From: Candidatus Daviesbacteria bacterium RIFCSPHIGHO2_12_FULL_37_16
GTDB taxonomy: Bacteria > Patescibacteriota > Microgenomatia > Daviesbacterales > UBA10151
Assembly: GCA_001776785.1 (NCBI GenBank)
Contig: MFDF01000008.1
Location: 18,443 to 82,442, forward strand
Length of the DNA: 64,000 bases
Direction of reading: 5' to 3'
Part shown: one piece after another, positions 37,432 to 46,899 of the stretch
Numbering within the stretch: position 1 is the first letter of the stretch
How the letters are laid out: every line of letters starts with the position of its first letter
Notes under the pieces: model-generated
Told to the model about the DNA's origin: nothing
The model's input: the letters and a program-made list of their open reading frames with translations, nothing else
Database searches by the model: none
Translations under genes and position numbers: made by a program

Positions 37432-37923
37432 CTAATTAAACTCTACTTTAAACTGATCTCCCTCTTTTATTTCTTTATCCAAAGCATTTTGATCTAATTG
37501 ACCATTTAAGAAAAATTTCAAACTCTGTGAAGCTGTATTACAAAAAGTCTGTCCTGTGCCAGTATATAAACACTCTTTAGTAACTTTCATGGGAGAGGGG
37601 AGTGTATCAAAAAAATTCTGCCAGGTAACCCCTGACTTTTTAACATGAACAATGCTTGGATCATCTGCAGTAAGAAAAACATCCTCAGACCTGTTGTGAT
37701 ACTTAGAATCTGTAAAAATTCTTTTTGTCCCATTTGTAGTTATAGAAAAAGTAGCTGTGAAATTTACATCCTGATCTTGGTTTGGTTGAGAACTCTGGAT
37801 AATTTGTGATTCTGAAGTTTGTTCTTGTTTAGTATTTTTTAACCCACCCTCAGCCACATAAAACAAAAAATAACCTGCTATTAAAAGGCTACCTATAATT
37901 ATAACTGGTAAAAAGTTTTTCAA
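37432..37923 (-). CDS. hypothetical membrane-anchored secreted protein
   Basis: N-terminal TM, Cys-containing C-terminus. Confidence 0.35.
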   Translation of the reverse strand: MKNFLPVIIIGSLLIAGYFLFYVAEGGLKNTKQEQTSESQIIQSSQPNQDQDVNFTATFSITTNGTKRIFTDSKYHNRSEDVFLTADDPSIVHVKKSGVTWQNFFDTLPSPMKVTKECLYTGTGQTFCNTASQSLKFFLNGQLDQNALDKEIKEGDQFKVEFN

Positions 37924-39086
37924 AGTTTTTCTGGATTAACTCTCAAAATTTTATCATCATCAGCTTGAGGATCACCCCTACCATCTTTATTAGAAGTTGT
38001 AATGTAAAGCATATTGTCTGGTCCCAAGATAACTTCTCTTATTCTTCCAAACTCTCCTTTAAAATGAGTAACTAATTTAGGACCTCCCTCAAATTTAACC
38101 TGGTATAATGCTTCTCCCCTTAAACCTCCAAAGAAAAATGAGTTTCTAAAAAAAGCTAACCCTGCAGGTGCCCAGGTATCAGTCCCACTATGCAGGATTG
38201 GGGGAGTCATACCTGTTTTTGTCTGGTCACCCTGAATCTCAGGCCAGCCATAATTTTTCCCAACCTCAATCTTATTAAACTCATCATTTCCAGTTCCAAG
38301 CCCTCCACCTGATGGCCCATGCTCAGTTTCCCAAAGCTGGCCATTACTATCCCAGGCAATCCCCTGAGGGTTTCTGTGCCCATATGAATAAACTGGAGAA
38401 TTAAATGGGTTTCCAGAAACAGGCTGTCCCTCATCTGTAACCCTTAATATTTTCCCAGCCAAAGAGCTTGTATCCTGGGAAAGTGATGGGTTTTGGGCAT
38501 CACCTGTTGTGATATATAAATTTTTATCTGAAAGAGAGCTTTGCTCATCAGGCCCAAATTTAACTCTTCCTCCATCATGAAAAATAGCCCCTGGAATTCC
38601 TTCAATAATAATTTTAGGTTCTGTAAGTTGGTTGTTTAAAAAACTATACCTGACTACTTTGTTTAAAGAATTATTTCCAGATGATGAATATGTGTAATAT
38701 AAATAAACAAATGGTTTGGTTGAGAAATCTGGGTGGAGTGCAATCCCATGTAAACCACTTTCACCAGTCTGCTTTACCTCAGAAATAGTTATAACTGGCT
38801 GAGACTGCAAAGTCCCATCATTTTCAACCAGCCTTACCCTCCCAGCCCTCTCTGTAACTAAAAGCCTTCCATCAGGCAAAAATGCAATTGCCCAGGGCAC
38901 CTCTAAATTTTTGGCAAAAACAGAAACTGCCTCGCCTTTACTTTTCTCATCAGCCTGCCCAATAGAAGGACCTGGCTGAGCTTTAGGGTTTAAAGATGGT
39001 GTTTTTATAGATCTGGAGTTATTAATAAACCAAAGTCCACCTAGAATTATTAGAACAACTAAAATTAATCCAAATAGTCTATTCAC
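37920..39086 (-). CDS. PQQ-dependent soluble sugar (aldose) dehydrogenase, beta-propeller (YliI/GSDH family)
   Basis: PDGRLLVTERAGRVRLV, LHGIALHPDF, six-blade propeller repeat pattern. Confidence 0.7.
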   Translation of the reverse strand: MNRLFGLILVVLIILGGLWFINNSRSIKTPSLNPKAQPGPSIGQADEKSKGEAVSVFAKNLEVPWAIAFLPDGRLLVTERAGRVRLVENDGTLQSQPVITISEVKQTGESGLHGIALHPDFSTKPFVYLYYTYSSSGNNSLNKVVRYSFLNNQLTEPKIIIEGIPGAIFHDGGRVKFGPDEQSSLSDKNLYITTGDAQNPSLSQDTSSLAGKILRVTDEGQPVSGNPFNSPVYSYGHRNPQGIAWDSNGQLWETEHGPSGGGLGTGNDEFNKIEVGKNYGWPEIQGDQTKTGMTPPILHSGTDTWAPAGLAFFRNSFFFGGLRGEALYQVKFEGGPKLVTHFKGEFGRIREVILGPDNMLYITTSNKDGRGDPQADDDKILRVNPEKL

Positions 39087-39209
39087 CTTATGTCCTATTA
39101 TACCAGCCTTTTTAAATGACCTAATAATAATTTATTCAATTCTTACAAAATTCATTATTTATTATTTACAAAACCTCCATATACTCAACCTTCTAAACAT
39201 TGAAGGGGG

Positions 39210-39404
39210 GTGAGAATAATGGCTAGAAACAAAAGTGATGAAGGTGAGGTTGACAAACCACAAAGGAGTGATGTTCCAGAGCAGGAAGGGATGGAGCAGG
39301 ATATAAACAAAGGTGAAAAAGGAGGACAGACTCAAACAGAAAAGCAGGGTGAACAGCAAAATGACCCCTGGCAGGTTGATGAAGGTTTCCTAAGTGGTGA
39401 TTAA
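39210..39404 (+). CDS. hypothetical small acidic protein
   Basis: RBS-like gggggtgagaa upstream; ORF only. Confidence 0.3.
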   Translation: MRIMARNKSDEGEVDKPQRSDVPEQEGMEQDINKGEKGGQTQTEKQGEQQNDPWQVDEGFLSGD

Positions 39405-39457
39405 ACCAGTTTAATATTAAAAATATATAGTGGGTAGGGTATAAAAGCCCTACCCGG

Positions 39458-40531
39458 CTAAATAAGATTTACCAGGTATGAACCAGTTGAGTTATACAAC
39501 TTGGCTTTATTATATTCTTCCTCTGCTTCTATTTCTTTTCCCTGTTCTTTAAAAATATCACCCCTTAACTTATAAAGTTCAGAATAAGCCCTGTTGTGAT
39601 AATTTAAAATTCTATCAGTTATTTCCAAAACTCTTTCATTGTTTCCCAATTTTCTGTAAGCTAAGACAGGTTCCAGCTGATACCACAAAGTTCTAAATGG
39701 TAAGCTATCTTCAACTTTTTCAAACTCAGAAACTGATTCCTGATAATCTCCAATATAATAAAATGCCACTGATAAATTAAACCTTGAATAAACATCATCT
39801 GGATTTTTTTGCAGTTCTTTTCTTGATAACTCTATTGCATATTCCCAGGATTTTTTAAAATCCAAATCTTCCCCCAAAATTTGCTCAGCCAATTTTTGTT
39901 TTTCTTTTGGAACTAAAACTAAATATTCATAGTTAAACTTTTTCCAAATCTCGTTAAACTCAAAAAAACTATATCTTAAATTTTTATTCTGCAATGAATC
40001 ATCCTGGATAAATTCATTTTCTGTATAACCTCTGATAATTCTGTAATGTCCAATATCCTCATTGGGTTTTGTCCAGGTCCTGACAATTACTGGTATGTCA
40101 TTTGCGATAAATTTTTTTAATAACTCCTCAGATCCATTTGGCCTGTGGTAAGTTAAAAGCCCCAAATTTTCTGCATATTTAGAAAGCTCTTCTAAGGTTA
40201 CAGATTTATCATCATTGTCACCACCAGGGATTTGATAGGGCCTTAAAGCCTGTCCAATCTCTGTCTGAGTTTTGCTAATGTTGTAGTAGGACAAAGCCAT
40301 GGACATTGCAGCAGGCCCGCAGTTATTAAAAGTTTGAAAAACATGGGTTTTAATTGGGATTTCATAAGAGTCTGGGACTATTAAAGGTTGGGGAGTAGGG
40401 GTAGGGATAAACTGGTTTACAGTTTCCAAAATAGGGTTTGCAGTTTTAATCTCTTTCTCTGAAAAAAACTGGTTTTGGTAATAAAAAAAGCCTGCAGCAA
40501 TTAAGATTATAAGTAAAATAATTTTAAGCAT
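39458..40531 (-). CDS. C39-like (peptidase_C39_2) cysteine peptidase domain fused to TPR repeats, N-terminal TM
   Basis: FNNCGPAAMSMALSYY ... GHYRIIRGY (Cys/His pair), C-terminal TPR-like YYIGDYQESV.../YRKLGNNERV. Confidence 0.5.
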   Translation of the reverse strand: MLKIILLIILIAAGFFYYQNQFFSEKEIKTANPILETVNQFIPTPTPQPLIVPDSYEIPIKTHVFQTFNNCGPAAMSMALSYYNISKTQTEIGQALRPYQIPGGDNDDKSVTLEELSKYAENLGLLTYHRPNGSEELLKKFIANDIPVIVRTWTKPNEDIGHYRIIRGYTENEFIQDDSLQNKNLRYSFFEFNEIWKKFNYEYLVLVPKEKQKLAEQILGEDLDFKKSWEYAIELSRKELQKNPDDVYSRFNLSVAFYYIGDYQESVSEFEKVEDSLPFRTLWYQLEPVLAYRKLGNNERVLEITDRILNYHNRAYSELYKLRGDIFKEQGKEIEAEEEYNKAKLYNSTGSYLVNLI

Positions 40532-40564
40532 TAGAGTATTTTAACATTTGGTAGAATATCTTTC

Positions 40565-41143
40565 ATGAAACTTACATTAACCTTATTTTCAATTTTATTA
40601 TTTTGCATTGGGATTTTATCTTTCCAGCAAAACTCTAAAAATAACCCCACAGTTTTATCTGCAACTGTAGAAGATAAATATTGGCTTTTACTTTATAGAA
40701 AATCTAATGTTGAGTACTTATATACAGGAGTACCTGGAGAAATAGAAAAATCTAATCTGGTAAAAACTTTTAAAGTAAAAACTGGAGTTCCAGGAGAAAA
40801 ACCAACTCCACTTCCCAAACTTTTAGGGAGAGAATATTGGGTTATTACAGAAAAACTTGATGCATCAGAAAACCCAGAAACTGCCCCTTACTTTTTAACT
40901 TTGAATATACCAGTGACTGAAGAGAAACCCTTCGGACCCACTCCATATGAAGAATGTTCTGGGCAGTGTGATTGGGAAATTCCTGGGGCATTTGGTTTAC
41001 ATGGAGTAAATGGAGATTTGAGTAAATTAGAAGATGAAGGTTCCTCAGGCTGCATTAGACATTCAGATGAAGACATTACATATTTATATAATTTTTTAAA
41101 CCCAGTTGATATGGAGATTAGATATTATATAGAAGATATTTAG
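40565..41143 (+). CDS. L,D-transpeptidase (YkuD domain)
   Basis: HGVNGDLSKLEDEGSSGCIRHSDEDI catalytic His/Cys motif. Confidence 0.75.
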   Translation: MKLTLTLFSILLFCIGILSFQQNSKNNPTVLSATVEDKYWLLLYRKSNVEYLYTGVPGEIEKSNLVKTFKVKTGVPGEKPTPLPKLLGREYWVITEKLDASENPETAPYFLTLNIPVTEEKPFGPTPYEECSGQCDWEIPGAFGLHGVNGDLSKLEDEGSSGCIRHSDEDITYLYNFLNPVDMEIRYYIEDI

Positions 41144-41145
41144 CT

Positions 41146-41181
41146 GGTGACAATCAATTGCTATAGCAATCCTTTGTCACC
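41146..41181. terminator. nested hairpin ggtgacaa-tcaattgctatagcaatcc-ttgtcacc between convergent genes (third copy of the aat(a/t)gctat(c/a)gcaa loop family)
   Basis: 8-bp outer stem plus inner perfect palindrome ttgctatagcaa. Confidence 0.55.
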
Positions 41182-41212
41182 AAGACTAAATATGAAATTA
41201 AAAATAATTACT

Positions 41213-41653
41213 TTATCCTAAATAACCCATTACCAAACCCATTAACATTAACCCAACTAGCTGGTAGCTTGTATCAATTCCCAAAAGTTGCCACTTATTT
41301 TTATTATCAGATCCAAAAATGGCATTTCCAGTTTGGGTTGGCATTACAAACCCAAGCCACATCCAAAATCCAGATGTTAATCCAGTTGTAACTCTATCCG
41401 TCCCAAAAAAAGCCATAGACATTATCATTACATGGTATAAAATATAAGCTGTTAAAAGTGAAACTACAAAAGTTAGTCCATAGAGTGGACCCATTTTTGC
41501 CTGTTCTGCTTTTAATTCAGATGAGTTAAGGCCTCTAAGTTTCATCCATGGTTTTCCCAAAAGTGAAGGTGAATACCACAAGAATCCTAAAACCATATAT
41601 GCTATTGCTGCAGCCAAAACTGATATATAATTTACTTCTATCAATCTAATCAC
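41213..41653 (-). CDS. hypothetical polytopic membrane protein (DUF1761-like)
   Basis: 4 TM helices, LGFLWYSP motif. Confidence 0.4.
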   Translation of the reverse strand: MIRLIEVNYISVLAAAIAYMVLGFLWYSPSLLGKPWMKLRGLNSSELKAEQAKMGPLYGLTFVVSLLTAYILYHVMIMSMAFFGTDRVTTGLTSGFWMWLGFVMPTQTGNAIFGSDNKNKWQLLGIDTSYQLVGLMLMGLVMGYLG

Positions 41654-41741
41654 CCCCTTCTGAGAATATTATTAACAGCTAACTTGATTTATACAAGTAT
41701 CAGCTTTTTCTCAGGAATTTATATATAATATGTAGCTTAAG

Positions 41742-42404
41742 GTGAGAATATTAGTGGTTGAGGATGAACACAAAATTGCAAATTCAATTAAAAAAGGTTT
41801 AGAACTTGAAAGTTTTGCAGTAGATGTAAGTTTTACAGGTTCTGAGGGGTTTGATTTGGCTTCATCTGAAGAGTATGACTTAATAATTTTAGATATTATG
41901 CTGCCAGGTTTAAGTGGATTAGAAATTTGTAAAAAATTAAGGAAAGAAAATATCCACACCCCAATATTAATGCTCACAGCCAGGGGGCAGGTTTCTGATA
42001 AAGTTGAAGGTTTAAACTCTGGGGCAGATGATTATTTAACAAAGCCTTTTGCTTTTGAAGAACTTTTAGCCAGGGTCAGGGCTCTGACCAGAAGGCCCAA
42101 AGGAAGTGTTGGGCAAGTTTTAAGCATTGAAAACCTGAGTTTAAATACACTAAATTTTGAAGTAAAAAGAGGAAAAAAACAGATAATGCTTTCTTCAAAA
42201 GAATATGCTCTTTTAGAATATCTGCTAAGACACCCAAACCAGGTTTTGAGTAAAGACCAGATTATAAACCATGTCTGGGATTATGAGTCAGATGTTTTAC
42301 CAAACACAGTTGAGGTTTATATTGGGTATTTAAGAGGTAAATTGGGAAAACCTGAGATAATAAAAACAGTCAGGGGATTTGGATATAAATTGGAAGGAAA
42401 ATAA
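41742..42404 (+). CDS. OmpR-family response regulator
   Basis: Receiver ILVVEDE...DLIILDIMLPGLSG...LMLTA plus winged-helix C-domain. Confidence 0.9.
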   Translation: MRILVVEDEHKIANSIKKGLELESFAVDVSFTGSEGFDLASSEEYDLIILDIMLPGLSGLEICKKLRKENIHTPILMLTARGQVSDKVEGLNSGADDYLTKPFAFEELLARVRALTRRPKGSVGQVLSIENLSLNTLNFEVKRGKKQIMLSSKEYALLEYLLRHPNQVLSKDQIINHVWDYESDVLPNTVEVYIGYLRGKLGKPEIIKTVRGFGYKLEGK

Positions 42405-43411
42405 TGTTTAACAATGCAAGGCTTAAATTAACAACCTGGTACTTGCTAATAATAATGCTGATTAGCATCTCATTTTCTTTTGCGATTTATGAAATCTTAA
42501 CTTTTGAATTAGACAGAGTTGAACATATGCAAAGGGCAAGACAAGAAAAATTTTCTCCAATTACTTTGCATCCCTTAAGGTCAATTGACCTGGAGGTTAT
42601 TGAAGAAACAAAAGATAGGTTAAAAATAAGGCTATTAATAATTAATTTGGGCATTCTAAGTTTTGCAGGCTTAGCAGGTTACTTTTTGGCAGGTAGGACT
42701 TTAAGGCCAATTAAAGAAATGGTTGATGAGCAAAACAGGTTCATTACAGATGCATCCCATGAACTGCGGACTCCACTAACCTCCCTAAAGTCTGAGATAG
42801 AGGTTAATTTAAGGGATAAAAAATTAAACTTATCTGATGCAAAAAAACTGCTGCAGTCTAATTTAGAAGAGGTTAATAACCTCCAGTACCTGTCTGATAA
42901 TTTAATAAAACTTTCCCAAAACCAGACAGTAAATAGGGATGAATTATTTGAAAAAGTATTATTAAAAGATGTTATTGATGAGGCAGTTAAGAAAGCGGAA
43001 AAGTTAGCAAATTTCAAAAATATCACGATCGTGAGAGAAATGAAACATTTTACAATAACAGGAGAGAGACAGAGCCTCATAGAGCTGTTTGTAATTTTAC
43101 TGGATAATGCAATTAAATATTCACCTAAAAACTCCAAAGTAATTATAAATTTGAGTAGACACCCGAGGGGTGGACGCTCAAACTTTGTGGAAATACAGGT
43201 TAAAGATCAGGGTATGGGTATTGCAAAAGAAGACATGCCTCATTTGTTTGACAGGTTTTACAGGGCTGATAAATCAAGAGGAAGTGCTGGTTATGGACTG
43301 GGTCTGTCTATTGCCAAACAGATTGTAGAAAAAAACAAGGGCAATATAAAAGTTGAGAGTGAAATCTCCAAAGGATCTACATTTACAGTATATCTTCCTG
43401 CAAAAGCCTAA
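42404..43411 (+). CDS. sensor histidine kinase
   Basis: HisKA H-box ASHELRTPLTS, HATPase N/G boxes (DNAIKYS, DQGMGI, GYGLGLSIAK). Confidence 0.9.
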   Translation: MFNNARLKLTTWYLLIIMLISISFSFAIYEILTFELDRVEHMQRARQEKFSPITLHPLRSIDLEVIEETKDRLKIRLLIINLGILSFAGLAGYFLAGRTLRPIKEMVDEQNRFITDASHELRTPLTSLKSEIEVNLRDKKLNLSDAKKLLQSNLEEVNNLQYLSDNLIKLSQNQTVNRDELFEKVLLKDVIDEAVKKAEKLANFKNITIVREMKHFTITGERQSLIELFVILLDNAIKYSPKNSKVIINLSRHPRGGRSNFVEIQVKDQGMGIAKEDMPHLFDRFYRADKSRGSAGYGLGLSIAKQIVEKNKGNIKVESEISKGSTFTVYLPAKA

Positions 43412-43537
43412 AATACTTCTAAGCATTTTTTCAGGTTAGTTTGTTTTAATAGCTATCAGTCATCAGCTTTCAGCTATCAGACCGATTCAAACAATATCTG
43501 ACAACTGAAGACTGACATCTGATGACTAGTATAGGAG

Positions 43538-44032
43538 GTGAGGAATATGAGAAAAAAAGTTATATTACCTGCAGCTTTGGGTATAAGCTTGATTGGAGGA
43601 ATTCTCTTTAGTGCCATGTCTGTAGGGGCCCAAACCCCATCAGAGGGAACCCAAACTATCATCCAAAGGATTGCCCAAAGGTTTAACTTAAATGAAACAG
43701 ATGTCCAGAAAGTCTTTGAAGAGCAAAGGGATGAACACCACGCCCAGATGAAGAAAAATCTGGAAGAAAAATTAACCCAGGCTGTCAAAGATGGCAAAAT
43801 AACAGAAGTCCAAAAAACTGCCATTTTAAATAAATTCTCAGAGATAAAAACTAACAAGCCTGATTTTAAAAACATGACTCCAGATCAGAGAAAACAGGCT
43901 ATGGACCAAAAAAAGACTGAGTTGGAAAACTGGGCTAAAGAAAATGGTTTATCTCTTGAAACATTACAGGAAGTTTTAGGACATGATGGAAGAGGCTTTG
44001 GACACAAAGGAATGATGTTCATGCAAAAGTAA
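43538..44032 (+). CDS. secreted helical protein adjacent to the two-component system (CpxP/Spy-like by position)
   Basis: Signal peptide, K/E-rich helices; homology not established. Confidence 0.35.
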   Translation: MRNMRKKVILPAALGISLIGGILFSAMSVGAQTPSEGTQTIIQRIAQRFNLNETDVQKVFEEQRDEHHAQMKKNLEEKLTQAVKDGKITEVQKTAILNKFSEIKTNKPDFKNMTPDQRKQAMDQKKTELENWAKENGLSLETLQEVLGHDGRGFGHKGMMFMQK

Positions 44033-44064
44033 AGTTATTGCTGCTCACTTAGTTCAAAGATAAC

Positions 44065-44088
44065 AGCTCCTGGGTGCACCCAGGAGCT
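44065..44088. terminator. perfect 24-nt palindrome agctcctgggtgcacccaggagct
   Basis: Self-complementary GC-rich hairpin after the 43538 gene; no T-run. Confidence 0.4.
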
Positions 44089-44138
44089 TAAGCTCTAAGC
44101 ATTTTCTCAGAGAAGTTGTGGTAAAATTTTAAAGCTTC

Positions 44139-45185
44139 ATGAAACCACTTCAAGTTTTTTTATTGTTGGGAATATTAATAATTGGTGGGTTTTTTGTTTA
44201 TTCAAATTATTCTAAAAGTCCTTCTTTGGTTGGTCAATTCATGCAGCCAGAGAATGATGGTGGACCAGCATCTGAGCCTCCTCATCCACTTTCTATAGAA
44301 AGCTTAAAGAATGGTGAATATCCTGGCTCAGATTTGGTAATAGAACAAACCCTGGATCCTGGAAGTAATTATTCAAGACAAATTGTTTCCTACAAATCTG
44401 AAGGTCTGAAAATCTATGCACTTTTAACTATCCCAAATGGAACCCCTCCAGCGGGTGGCTGGCCAATAATTATATTTAACCATGGTTACATTCCACCCAA
44501 GGAATATAGGACAACAGAAAGATATTTAGCTTACACAGATGCATTCTCAAGGGCAGGCTATGTTTTATTAAAGCCTGATTACAGAGGTCATGGAAACTCA
44601 GAAGGGGAAGCCACAGGAGGATATGGCACCAATGACTATTCTATAGATGTTCTAAATGCAGTCTCCTCTATCAAAAAATATTCTGGAGTTAATCCAGAAA
44701 AGATTGGCATGTGGGGACATTCTATGGGAGGAAGTGTCACTTTAAAAAATATGGTTGTAAGAAAAGATATAAAAGCTGGAGTGATTTGGGCTGGAGTGGT
44801 TGCATCTTACCCTGATTTAGTGGAAAGATGGAGGAGAAGGTCACCCCAACCCACTTTACCTGGAAATACTAATATGTCTGGTAGAAGTTCATGGAGGCAA
44901 AATTTAATTGCCCAATTTGGGGAACCTTCCCAAAATCCAGATTTTTGGGCAAAACTTTCTGCAAATTCTTATTTATCTGATATCTCAGGTCCTCTGCAGC
45001 TGCATCATGGAACCTCTGACTCTTCAGTCCCAATTGAGATGTCTGTGAAACTGGATGAACAGTTAAAAGCTGCTGGAAAAGAAGTGGAATATTTTGAATA
45101 CCCGGGAGATGACCACAATTTAGCCAACAATTTAGGAGTTGCCCTCCAAAGATCAGTTGCCTTCTTTGACAAATACCTAAAATAA
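44139..45185 (+). CDS. alpha/beta hydrolase (S9/dienelactone-hydrolase-like), N-terminal TM anchor
   Basis: GHSMGG nucleophile elbow, DYRGHGNSEGE, C-terminal D...H. Confidence 0.7.
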   Translation: MKPLQVFLLLGILIIGGFFVYSNYSKSPSLVGQFMQPENDGGPASEPPHPLSIESLKNGEYPGSDLVIEQTLDPGSNYSRQIVSYKSEGLKIYALLTIPNGTPPAGGWPIIIFNHGYIPPKEYRTTERYLAYTDAFSRAGYVLLKPDYRGHGNSEGEATGGYGTNDYSIDVLNAVSSIKKYSGVNPEKIGMWGHSMGGSVTLKNMVVRKDIKAGVIWAGVVASYPDLVERWRRRSPQPTLPGNTNMSGRSSWRQNLIAQFGEPSQNPDFWAKLSANSYLSDISGPLQLHHGTSDSSVPIEMSVKLDEQLKAAGKEVEYFEYPGDDHNLANNLGVALQRSVAFFDKYLK

Positions 45186-45208
45186 AAATCATTTGTATAA
45201 TTAAATAA

Positions 45209-46246
45209 ATGAAATCTTTTTTAATTTTCTCTTTCTTAGTAAGTTTTTTAGCCCTGGGAATCTATTTTTTAAAAGATAGCAATAAATCAAACCTTCAGCC
45301 AATAATCCAAAGTTCGCTAAAACTTAATTCCCCAGCTCCTTCACCTTTCCCATTTGAAGAGTTAACAATCCCTTTTTTAAGAAATAAAGAGTTCAAAAGC
45401 AGCTTAGGGGAGTTAAAACTGGTAAGCAGTAATGGTAATTACACAAGCTACCTGACTTCTTATACCTCAGATGGTCTAAAAATTAATGGGTTATTAACAA
45501 AACCCTCAGGAGAAATGCCCTCTGGTGGCTGGCCAGCAATAGTTTTTGTCCATGGATATATCCCTCCAAAAACTTACCAGACTTTGGAAAAATATACTAT
45601 GCATGTAAATTTTTTAGCCAGTAATGGGTTTGTGGTATTTAAAATAGATTTAAGAGGTCATGGTACCTCAGAAGGTGAAGCAGGTGGGGGATATTACTCA
45701 TCAGATTATATTGTGGATGTCTTAAATGCCAGGGCAGCTTTGCAAAATTCTGACTTTGTAAACAAAGTTGGTCTTTGGGGCCACTCAATGGCAGGAAATG
45801 TGGTGATGAGGGCTTTTGCAGCAAAACCAGAAATCCCAGCAGTTGTTATCTGGGCAGGTGCAGTTTACACCTATAAAGACCTGGCTGATTATGGAATTTC
45901 TGACAATAGCTACCAGCCCTTACCCTCTGATTCAGAAAGACAGAGAAAAAGGCAGGAACTTAGAAATCTGTATGGGGATGCCAAAGATGGAAATCCTTTC
46001 TGGAATTTAGTTGCACCCACTAATTATCTAAATGACCTAAAGGGTGCATTAAGTCTAAACCATGCTGTAAATGATGATGTGGTTTCTATAGAATACAGTA
46101 GGAATTTAAGCAGGCTATTAAATGATACTTTAGTTACCCACGAGCTTCATGAATACCCAAATGGGGGACATAATATAAATGGCTCAAGCTTTACTCAAGC
46201 CATGCAAAATACAGTAGAATTTTTTAAAAAATATTTATCTAACTAA
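45209..46246 (+). CDS. alpha/beta hydrolase, tandem paralogue of the preceding gene
   Basis: Same motifs (GHSMAG, DLRGHGTSEGE) and collinear similarity. Confidence 0.7.
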   Translation: MKSFLIFSFLVSFLALGIYFLKDSNKSNLQPIIQSSLKLNSPAPSPFPFEELTIPFLRNKEFKSSLGELKLVSSNGNYTSYLTSYTSDGLKINGLLTKPSGEMPSGGWPAIVFVHGYIPPKTYQTLEKYTMHVNFLASNGFVVFKIDLRGHGTSEGEAGGGYYSSDYIVDVLNARAALQNSDFVNKVGLWGHSMAGNVVMRAFAAKPEIPAVVIWAGAVYTYKDLADYGISDNSYQPLPSDSERQRKRQELRNLYGDAKDGNPFWNLVAPTNYLNDLKGALSLNHAVNDDVVSIEYSRNLSRLLNDTLVTHELHEYPNGGHNINGSSFTQAMQNTVEFFKKYLSN

Positions 46247-46879
46247 ATCTAACTGGATATTTCCATCACTATTGGGTTTTGGATCAAAGGAAATATAATA
46301 CATCAGCCCATATTGGTGGATAGCTCTTGCAATAGAACTCCTTATCCAGTCTGAGTCATAATCCTTAAGCTTAGCTTCTTCAAATAAATTATCAACTAAA
46401 TTATCAGGTAATGGTTGCAATAGCCTACCCGCATGATTGCTTGCGATAAGCTGCACACTTTTTTTATCTAGAATTAAAACTGAAAGTATTTTGCCATTTG
46501 CATGTTCAATATCAGCATCAGTAGGAAAGGTTGCTTTTATATGAGCTGTCTTTTCAGGTATTGGATGAGAATGGGCAACTATAATTTCATTTGCTCCAAT
46601 AGAATCTAAACCATGGGGAAAAAAATCGAAATGAATTGAATGATTTTCTCCACTTTTTATATCAGTTTTAAGCAGTTTATTGCCCTTTGTTGAAATTATA
46701 AATCCAAATTCTTTGTCAGTTTCGCCTGTTTTTTTAAGCACTTCTTCCCATAGCTCATATCCCAAAACCTCACCAGGTATAAGAATATCAGAATTAGGAA
46801 AAACTCTATCTTTATGGGTTAAATCAATTAATTCAGGTTTGCGTTCAAAAATTAGTCTCTCAGTTTCCTGTGAATCCAT
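46235..46879 (-). CDS. hypothetical protein with RadC-like JAB/MPN metal-binding motif
   Basis: EFGFI...IIVAHSHP...FPTDADIEHA resembles E...HNHPSG...PSxxD. Confidence 0.35.
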   Translation of the reverse strand: MDSQETERLIFERKPELIDLTHKDRVFPNSDILIPGEVLGYELWEEVLKKTGETDKEFGFIISTKGNKLLKTDIKSGENHSIHFDFFPHGLDSIGANEIIVAHSHPIPEKTAHIKATFPTDADIEHANGKILSVLILDKKSVQLIASNHAGRLLQPLPDNLVDNLFEEAKLKDYDSDWIRSSIARAIHQYGLMYYISFDPKPNSDGNIQLDLVR

Positions 46880-46899
46880 TGGTTAATTTTAGCAGATTG

